Made by a program: the position numbers and the translations under genes
Shown here: positions 57,433-64,000 of the stretch, piece by piece
How positions within the stretch are numbered: position 1 is the first letter of the stretch
How the letters are laid out: each line of letters begins with the position of its first letter
The notes under the pieces: generated by a model
The model's input: the letters and a program-made list of their open reading frames with translations, nothing else
The model's database searches: none
What the model was told of the DNA's origin: nothing
NCBI GenBank assembly: GCA_965216875.1
Contig: OZ244207.1
Span: 6,912,001-6,976,000 of the forward strand
Source: Rubripirellula sp.
GTDB taxonomy: Bacteria; Planctomycetota; Planctomycetia; Pirellulales; Pirellulaceae
Length of the DNA: 64,000 nucleotides
Direction: 5' to 3'

Positions 57433-58826
57433 TATTGGTTCTTGATCGACAAGTCAAAGCAGGCCAGACGCGTTTCGTCCTTGAGAAGCAACTTTGAGTT
57501 GCTGATTGCCGGCGCGCAGTAACAGGGGGCGGTCATCAACGGTTCTTCGGTGAACGCGAGGACTTGAGGTTCGTTCTCGCCGGGTAGCAGAGCGGCCAAG
57601 TGCCCGCGTTCGCCAAGCAGGATCAGTGCACCGCCGACGGAGAGGCCTTGTCCGCGACGTAGCACACTATGGTAGCGCCATTGGAGTTTCCCAGTGGCAA
57701 AGTCGACACATCGCAGTTCGGCACCGCCCTGCCCCGCCGCGGTGAATGCGACCACCGAATCGCCGTGTAGGATCAACGTGTTGTATTGGCAATCAATCAC
57801 ACGCCGGTTCTTCCACAACTCTTTGTAGCTGCGGTCGGGTTGGATTTGTAAACAGACGGCCCCGGGGCCAGGTCCGGTCACGATCAACACCATGTCGTCT
57901 TTTACCAGTGGCGACACCGCGTTGTATGACATCGGTGCGCGGCTGAAGTGCTTGACGAACCAGTCCATTTCGCCGGTTTCAGGATTGAGACAAACCAATC
58001 CGCGATTGGTGATGACAAACAAGAAGTCTTGGTCGTGGATGCGGGCGACCCACGGACTGCAGTAGCCCGCCGGATGATCACCGGTCTGCCATATGTCTTC
58101 ACCCGTTTCGGCACTCATCGCGACGATGCTCGCCTCTTCGTCGGCGGCACCCAGATTGAACACGACTTGGTCGTTTACGACCGATGGCGAAGCACCAACG
58201 GGAAAGAGGTCGTCTTCTCGCTGGTGCTCTTCGTGCAGCAAACGCTGCCACACAACCTCGCCCGTCTGGAGGTCAAGGCAAAAGAATTGGCCTTGACCAC
58301 CAACGGCATAAACTCGACCGCCGGCGATCACGGGAGTGCTATAAGGGCCGCTGCTGTATTCGACGTCACATTCGAACGTCGTTGGGTAACGATGTTCCCA
58401 ATGAGTCGAGCCATCCGCGATGTCGACGCACTGAATGATCTCTTCGTCTTTTATTCGGTGGTTGAATAGGACGCGGTTGCCACTTGCGACGGGAGAGCCG
58501 TAGCCAGAACCGATTTCGATACTCCAGAGTTCTTGCGGTCCCGCTTTCCCCCAGGCGAGATTGACGCTTTGATGAGCCGCGACACAGGTTCGGTCGGGGC
58601 CAAACAATTGCGGCCATTCGGCTGGGTCTTGCGAGCTGACCAAGTCACCGTCGGCGATCTCTTGTTGGAATTGTCGGACAGCATCCGCGTTGGCCGTATC
58701 GGCTTTGGCCGGTTCGACCAGCGGCAGGTCAAGTTCGATAGGTGTGGATGATTCCGTTGCACACCCAGAGATCAATAAACCGAGGAATAGGGCGGCTAAC
58801 CCGGAGCGATTTCGATTGCAGAACAT
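57432..58826 (-). CDS. PQQ-binding-like (BamB-like) beta-propeller lipoprotein
   Basis: LISG-C lipobox, WPQLFGP, GSGYGSPV, repeated LDxxTGxxxW; start ATG 58826. Confidence 0.88.
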   Translation of the reverse strand: MFCNRNRSGLAALFLGLLISGCATESSTPIELDLPLVEPAKADTANADAVRQFQQEIADGDLVSSQDPAEWPQLFGPDRTCVAAHQSVNLAWGKAGPQELWSIEIGSGYGSPVASGNRVLFNHRIKDEEIIQCVDIADGSTHWEHRYPTTFECDVEYSSGPYSTPVIAGGRVYAVGGQGQFFCLDLQTGEVVWQRLLHEEHQREDDLFPVGASPSVVNDQVVFNLGAADEEASIVAMSAETGEDIWQTGDHPAGYCSPWVARIHDQDFLFVITNRGLVCLNPETGEMDWFVKHFSRAPMSYNAVSPLVKDDMVLIVTGPGPGAVCLQIQPDRSYKELWKNRRVIDCQYNTLILHGDSVVAFTAAGQGGAELRCVDFATGKLQWRYHSVLRRGQGLSVGGALILLGERGHLAALLPGENEPQVLAFTEEPLMTAPCYCAPAISNSKLLLKDETRLACFDLSIKNQ

Positions 58827-59042
58827 GCGCGCGACTGAGAAAATGTGGAACGCGGTGGACGCTGTCGAGCAGGCTACATTCCGATTTCTCGCAGAGATAC
58901 CGCCATTGGCAATCGTCACGGAATCTTCATACACCATTCACCCTTCCCCGATTGCGTCCAATTGTCTCAATGTGTGTTGAGGTTTGGATGGCAATCCTTG
59001 GGGATCACACAACGATCGAGATCGGTTTTGAGCAACGTTTGG

Positions 59043-59723
59043 ATGACGACTGGCCAGTCCCTACTTAAGGTCTACCTAGGTCTGTTGAAGATTGCGATCG
59101 TCGGCATTGTTGGCGCCAACTTGGCCGGCGTGGTCGGGATGTTAATCGCGGCCGAAAACAAAGCAGAGTACGTCGCGCCGTGGGTACACGGCGGCTGGAT
59201 GGTTGGCTCTCTCGTGGGGCTCGTCGGCGTCCTCACTGGAAAGCTGAAGTTCTATGGCGAAGGATGGGTCCCGCGCCGTCTCGGCGGTCGTGACCAAGTC
59301 GAGGAGTCGTTTGATGCGCCAACCAAACGCGCTGGGAACCTTGAGGGGGATCGCTCGGGCGAAGAACAGTCATCCGCTTCCAAGATGCCCACCGAGGAAT
59401 CGACCGAAGGCAAACGCAGTAGTGTGATTAGCAGCACCTTGTTCTTTGGATTTGCGGGTGGCTTCGCGGGAGTCGTCTTGGGCGGGACCCTGCTGCTGTT
59501 CTTCTTTTGGATCGCGTACAGCCCCTTGGCCAGTTCGACGGTCGCGGGGTCGGTTGAAGTCGTTCGCGAACGGACAACGTCGCATGCGTTGACCCAGCCG
59601 GTGATGAAAACCAAACATCCCGTCGCCGTTTGGCTTGTGCTCGCGCCGACTTTATTGGGCGTTGCAGTTGGCGGTATCACCGGGGCCATCGGCGCGGCAT
59701 TGGGAAAAGTCCGCGACGGATAA
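59043..59723 (+). CDS. Hypothetical membrane protein
   Basis: Gly-rich TM segments; start uncertain. Confidence 0.6.
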   Translation: MTTGQSLLKVYLGLLKIAIVGIVGANLAGVVGMLIAAENKAEYVAPWVHGGWMVGSLVGLVGVLTGKLKFYGEGWVPRRLGGRDQVEESFDAPTKRAGNLEGDRSGEEQSSASKMPTEESTEGKRSSVISSTLFFGFAGGFAGVVLGGTLLLFFFWIAYSPLASSTVAGSVEVVRERTTSHALTQPVMKTKHPVAVWLVLAPTLLGVAVGGITGAIGAALGKVRDG

Positions 59724-59762
59724 TCGCGGATTTTTTGGTTAATCGGTGGCGGACCGCAGTCC

Positions 59763-59808
59763 GATACGATCATTGACAATCGTATCAGAGATTGTTACAG
59801 TTCGACCG
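59763..59808 (+). promoter_or_regulatory. sigma70 promoter (leaderless) overlapped by putative Rrf2 operator
   Basis: TTGACA (59773-78)-17 nt-TACAGT (59796-801), 7 nt before ATG 59809; operator ATCGTATC-N7-GTTACAGT (59779-59801). Confidence 0.75.
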
Positions 59809-60240
59809 ATGGCACGCAGTACCCGTTTTCCAGCCGCAATTCACATCCTGACCCTGCTTTCGCTTAAGCCAGGTGACTACCTGAGTTCTGAGTTGATCGC
59901 GAAGGGATTGGGGACCAACGCGGTCGTGGTACGTCGCATCATTGGACTGTTGAAAGAAGCCGGTTTTGTTGCTTCCCAGGCGGGTAGCCAGGGAGGTGCG
60001 ACGCTGGTGGTCGATCCCGACAAAATCACGCTCCGTGACATTTACGATGCGGTCGAAGATCAAAGTGTGTTCTGCATGCACGATCCCCATCCCCAATGTC
60101 CGGTTGCCTGTTGCGTCAAGGAACAAGTCAATCAACTGATCGAAGGTGCCGAAGAGAAGATGCTTGCCGATTTGTCACGTACCAAGCTGTCGTCGATCAC
60201 CAAGCCGGCTCAGAAGCAATACCGGGAAATGTCGAAGTAG
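59809..60240 (+). CDS. Rrf2 family transcriptional regulator (YwnA/HypR-like)
   Basis: STRFPAAIHIL, SSELIA, TNAVVVRR, GG, ITLRDIYDAVE, HPQCPVACC. Confidence 0.92.
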   Translation: MARSTRFPAAIHILTLLSLKPGDYLSSELIAKGLGTNAVVVRRIIGLLKEAGFVASQAGSQGGATLVVDPDKITLRDIYDAVEDQSVFCMHDPHPQCPVACCVKEQVNQLIEGAEEKMLADLSRTKLSSITKPAQKQYREMSK

Positions 60241-60256
60241 TGTTTTTTTGCTAACA

Positions 60257-60279
60257 AATGTAACTGTATTTGATACGGT
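60257..60279. promoter_or_regulatory. Second putative Rrf2 operator upstream of dinB-like gene
   Basis: AATGTAAC-N7-GATACGGT, matching the reverse complement of the 59779-59801 site (ACTGTAAC-N7-GATACGAT). Confidence 0.7.
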
Positions 60280-60303
60280 TCTGGTTCTCGAGAGGGATGA
60301 TCA

Positions 60304-60801
60304 ATGGAACTCAACCAGCGGCTCAAGCGACTCTTTCAGCACACGCGTGGCTTTACCGATCGCGTGCTCGACGAGATCAATGATCCTGAGGATTGGGTGC
60401 TTCGCCCTGCGGCGGGGACCAATCATGCGCTTTGGATTGCCGGCCACCTGGGCTACACGATGGATTTCTTCATCGGATTGATCGATCCCGCCAAACGCAA
60501 GTCTCAGGAGAATTGGGGGGAATTGTTTGGCAAGGGATCGACCGTCCTTGACTCGCTTTCAGACTACCCCGAGCCAAGTGAAGTTCGCGCGTACCTGAGC
60601 GATCGAGCCGACGTGTTGCTGGAGTTGCTCGATCAAGCGAGCGACGAAGAACTGCAGCGCGAAGTGCCCGAGGGTCCAGCGTTCATGTTTGACGTAGGCG
60701 CCATTTTCCAGGGAGCCGTTTGGCATGAGGCATTGCATGCTGGGCAGTTGACGGTGATTCATCGCATGGTTGGGCAAACGCCGATTGCCGATCGTCAATA
60801 A
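60304..60801 (+). CDS. DinB family protein
   Basis: NHALWIAGHL...WHEALHAGQL. Confidence 0.9.
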   Translation: MELNQRLKRLFQHTRGFTDRVLDEINDPEDWVLRPAAGTNHALWIAGHLGYTMDFFIGLIDPAKRKSQENWGELFGKGSTVLDSLSDYPEPSEVRAYLSDRADVLLELLDQASDEELQREVPEGPAFMFDVGAIFQGAVWHEALHAGQLTVIHRMVGQTPIADRQ

Positions 60802-60905
60802 ATCAAGTCGGGCGCGTTGGGACATTGGCAGCACTCGCCTCCGTTCCGGCGCAGTCAGGTGTCGTTACTTTTCACTTTGTTCTTTTCATCCGAGGCATCA
60901 AATCA

Positions 60906-61439
60906 ATGAGCCAAGAAAAACGTTCGCGCCGTCTACTTCAATTTGAATCACTTTCCGATACGGTTGCCGAAGCGCACCGTTTGCGCGATGGCGGCTATCA
61001 AATGGTTGGCAATTGGAATCTCGGTCAGGCGTGCAGTCACTTGACGAAGACATTGCGTATGTCGGTCGAAGGCGCGCCCTTTAGCCTTCCCTTTTTCATG
61101 CGCCCCATCGCCCGCGCCTTGGTTCTCGGCAAGGTCATGAATGGCGCACCGACCGGTTTGCCGCTGAAAACGGTCAAGGTATTGCAGCCAGACGAATCGA
61201 TCGATGTTGATGCCGAGGTTGATCAATATGAACAGTTGGTTGCGAAGATCATGGATCCTTCGGCATCGTTGATCGAGAAACATCCCGTGTTCGGCAAGTT
61301 CACCGTACAAGAGTGGCGAACGTTTCATGCCTGGCACACAGCCCACCATTTCAGTTACCTGCTTCCCGAATCTTCGACTCATCGGGAAGCGGTAACTGAC
61401 TCGGGCGCCGGGGCAAGTTCCGTCGCCCAGCCGGCATAA
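60906..61439 (+). CDS. DUF1569 (DinB-like) protein
   Basis: GNWNLGQACSHL, HPVFGKFT..EW...HTAHHFS. Confidence 0.88.
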   Translation: MSQEKRSRRLLQFESLSDTVAEAHRLRDGGYQMVGNWNLGQACSHLTKTLRMSVEGAPFSLPFFMRPIARALVLGKVMNGAPTGLPLKTVKVLQPDESIDVDAEVDQYEQLVAKIMDPSASLIEKHPVFGKFTVQEWRTFHAWHTAHHFSYLLPESSTHREAVTDSGAGASSVAQPA

Positions 61440-61487
61440 CTCGCTTCGGCCATCCGCCGCAAATCGCGAAACACACAACTTGGAGTA

Positions 61488-62231
61488 ATGAGAATGCGAA
61501 CGCTAGTCGCTTTACCCGTCTACAACGAAGCCATGCACGTTGATCGAGTGTTAGACGAAGTGGGTCGTTATGCCGAAAACGTCCTTGTGGTCGATGACGG
61601 CTCGACGGATGGTACCGGCGAGATTCTGTCGCGTCGGCTAGGCATCAACGGAACGCGGGTTGTCAGTCATTCGACAAACTACGGCTACGGTGCGGCGCTG
61701 CACACTGCCTTTGATTACGCGGCGAGCCATCAGTTTGATGTGTTGGTGACGATCGACTGCGATGGTCAACACCAGCCGCATCGTATTCCGTTGTTTGTTG
61801 ACGCGGTGAACAATTGCGACGTGGTTTCTGGGAGCCGCTACCTGCACCGGTTCAACGAAGACACGGCTCCGCCTGAAGACAGGATGCGTGTCAATCGAAT
61901 CATCACCACCGAGCTCAAAGAGCGATTGCGTCTACATTTGACTGACAGTTTTTGTGGATTCAAAGCGTACCGAGTGGACGCGATCAAGAATCTCTCGCTG
62001 GTCGAACCGGGTTACGCAATGCCGCTTGAGTTTTGGGTCGAAGCGGTCGCAGCAGGTTTGCGCGTCCGCGAAATGCCAGTGCCGCTGATCTACTTAGAAG
62101 AAGAGCGTTCGTTTGGTGGTTCGCTCGATCACACCGACACGCGTTTGCAACACTACCGCGATGTCTTGGATCGAAGTGTCCGCCGAGTTCAGGTTCGGGG
62201 TGAAGTTTCAAGCAACTCGCTTGGAGTCTAG
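61488..62231 (+). CDS. GT2 glycosyltransferase (DPM1-like, soluble)
   Basis: LPVYNE, VDDGSTD, GYGAAL, IDCDGQH, GSRY, TDSFCGFKAY. Confidence 0.9.
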   Translation: MRMRTLVALPVYNEAMHVDRVLDEVGRYAENVLVVDDGSTDGTGEILSRRLGINGTRVVSHSTNYGYGAALHTAFDYAASHQFDVLVTIDCDGQHQPHRIPLFVDAVNNCDVVSGSRYLHRFNEDTAPPEDRMRVNRIITTELKERLRLHLTDSFCGFKAYRVDAIKNLSLVEPGYAMPLEFWVEAVAAGLRVREMPVPLIYLEEERSFGGSLDHTDTRLQHYRDVLDRSVRRVQVRGEVSSNSLGV

Positions 62232-62234
62232 TCG

Positions 62235-63119
62235 ATGTTTGCATGCGAAGATTGCCTTAGTTTTCTGCCGCTCTCTGGAGACACTCTCTTCCGAGGGGGC
62301 GCCGCGCAAAACGCTTGCCCCATCAGCAATGCCGCGCCGATCAGCCATGCGGCAGGTGATCCCGTTTGGCATTCGCTGAAATGCGAAGCCTCGGATCTTG
62401 CGCAGCGCGAGCCGGTGATGGCAAGCACGTTACAGCACATCGTCACTTCGCGCGATTCGATCGCAGAGGGTTTGGTTGCGTTGCTCAGTCAGCGACTCGC
62501 AAATCGCGATCTGGATGAAGCAGCACTGTTCGAACTTTTGCAAAAGCGTGTTGGTGAGGATGTGACTTTTGCTTCGGAGGCCGAGGCGGACTTGTTGGCG
62601 ATCGGCAATCGCGACCCAGCCGTTTCGGGTTTGTTGCACCCGATGCTGAACTTCAAGGGGTTTCATGCCATTGAAGCCTCGCGGATCGCGCATCGGCTCT
62701 ACACCGACGGACGAAAGGAGCTTGCGTTCTTTTTGCAGAATCGAATCAGTGATGTGTTTGGTGTTGACGTGCATCCCGCCGCCAAGCTTGGTCGAGGCAT
62801 TTTGTTTGATCATGCAACGGGGATCGTGATCGGAGAAACCGCGGTCGTGGGAAACGACGTCACGATTCTGCACGGAGTGACCTTGGGCGGTACTGGAAAG
62901 ACGGGTGGTGATCGGCATCCAAAGGTCGGCAACGGCGTGTTTATCGGAGCGTCGTGTCAGCTCTTGGGAAACATTTCCATCGGCGATGACGTGAAGATCG
63001 GTGCGGGCAGCGTTGTCCTGAAAGATGTCGACTCTCACTGCACCGTGGCTGGTGTTCCGGCCAAAGTGGTGCGGCGCAATGATTCGCCGGCGCCCGCTGT
63101 CATTCCCTTTCGCAGGTAG
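62235..63119 (+). CDS. cysE: Serine O-acetyltransferase
   Basis: RDPA, FKGFHA, GVDVHPAA, DHATGIVIGETA, GVTLGGTGK..GDRHPKVG, hexapeptide repeats. Confidence 0.95.
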   Translation: MFACEDCLSFLPLSGDTLFRGGAAQNACPISNAAPISHAAGDPVWHSLKCEASDLAQREPVMASTLQHIVTSRDSIAEGLVALLSQRLANRDLDEAALFELLQKRVGEDVTFASEAEADLLAIGNRDPAVSGLLHPMLNFKGFHAIEASRIAHRLYTDGRKELAFFLQNRISDVFGVDVHPAAKLGRGILFDHATGIVIGETAVVGNDVTILHGVTLGGTGKTGGDRHPKVGNGVFIGASCQLLGNISIGDDVKIGAGSVVLKDVDSHCTVAGVPAKVVRRNDSPAPAVIPFRR

Positions 63120-63246
63120 CTTCCAATTCGCTAGCGAATCTCACGTCGCCTCCGATTTCTTTACTTGTTCTCGCGCATGATCTAGCATTCCGATAGGGGT
63201 GATGGTGGGTCTCTGTGGGTCAATGTGAGCAATCGAGGTGGTTGGA

Positions 63247-64000
63247 ATGCACTTGAGGAATCCTTATGCGCTTGTGCGACGTTTATGCGTGCTTCTGCTT
63301 GTTTGTCTCTGGTTGATTTCCGCTCATTCGGTTGCATGGTGTGACGATTCGAACGTAGACAAGCTTGACGCCCAAGGCTTTTCGTTGCTCCACCGGGCGG
63401 CAATGAAGGGCGATGCGACGGCGATCGAAGCGCTGCTCGAAGAGAATGCCGACGTTGAAGTACAGCAAGGGACCTACAAAGGAGCTCCGCTTCAATACGC
63501 TGCGGCGCGAGGGCATTTAGATGCGATGCGCTTGTTGATCGAGGCCGAAGCGGACTTAAATGCCGTCGACACCGCGGGGCGAACGCCATTGATGTGGGCG
63601 GCGATGAAGGGGCAATCGGAAGCGGCCGCGCTGTTGATCGCGTCGAAGTGCGACCTCACGCTCGTCTCTTTGAACGGGTGGACGCCGGTCGACTTTGCAA
63701 TCGACAAAGAGCACGCCGCGACTGCCGAGATGCTGATTAACGTTGGAATCAAGCAAACTCGTCAGCCGCCCGAAAAGAAAGAGCCGATCCCGTGGGATCT
63801 CGCCAACGACATCAATCGATTGAACGAGAGAGGTTTTTCGGCGTTGCATGATGCCGTCATGCAGAACAAGCCTCTGCGAGTGGTCGAGTTGCTTTCGATG
63901 GGGGCGGACGTCAACGTGCGTCAGGGAACCTACGAAGGGACGCCGCTTCAATACGCTGCTTCCGGTGGACATCGCGAAGTGGTGCAACTGTTGATTCAGG
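63247..64000 (+). CDS. Exported ankyrin-repeat protein (3' truncated; absent from the ORF track)
   Basis: Manual translation from ATG 63247 (GAGGTG upstream): signal peptide, GFSLLHRAA, PLQYAAARGH, GRTPLMWAA, GTPLQYAASGGH; no stop before window end. Confidence 0.9.
   Translation, partial: MHLRNPYALVRRLCVLLLVCLWLISAHSVAWCDDSNVDKLDAQGFSLLHRAAMKGDATAIEALLEENADVEVQQGTYKGAPLQYAAARGHLDAMRLLIEAEADLNAVDTAGRTPLMWAAMKGQSEAAALLIASKCDLTLVSLNGWTPVDFAIDKEHAATAEMLINVGIKQTRQPPEKKEPIPWDLANDINRLNERGFSALHDAVMQNKPLRVVELLSMGADVNVRQGTYEGTPLQYAASGGHREVVQLLIQ

Noticed and set aside
63126..63139. Perfect palindrome ATTCGCTAGCGAAT after cysE
   Set aside because: Single short occurrence with no loop or adjacent U-tract; function not supportable
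1..64000. tRNA, rRNA, transposase, integrase, prophage or defence genes
   Set aside because: None recognised by eye; a covariance-model and HMM scan would be needed to exclude small RNAs

Overview
Ordinary-GC bacterial chromosome segment, almost certainly from a planctomycete (Pirellulaceae-like). The signs are DUF1559 prepilin-like genes, a DUF1592/DUF1552 pair, sulfatases, and HEAT, FHA and Ser/Thr kinase genes. About 53 CDS; I found no tRNA, rRNA, CRISPR array or transposase. Family assignments come from motif recognition only, with no database search. Main blocks: (1) 1-4.1 kb, TonB receptor-YfiR-histidine kinase-HD-GYP signalling operon; (2) 4.2-9.8 kb, DUF1592-DUF1552-HEAT operon; (3) a highly divergent sigma70-like gene at 12.1-13.5 kb; (4) the best candidate for an undescribed system, at 20-23.8 kb plus 31-43.3 kb: three closely related prepilin-like DUF1559 paralogues (one with the hallmarks of a major subunit), a DUF1573 Ig-like protein, a zinc-ribbon/PilM fusion, a non-pilin DUF1559-like lipoprotein, a membrane Ser/Thr kinase, two FHA proteins and a STAS-like protein, whose intergenic regions share a recurrent RTGAAGA motif; (5) an overlapping 12 kb glycosylation operon with a probable KDN (nonulosonic acid) pathway and a convergent TMTC-like GT-C gene; (6) an Rrf2-DinB-DUF1569-GT2-cysE thiol-stress cluster with a readable operator and a leaderless promoter.
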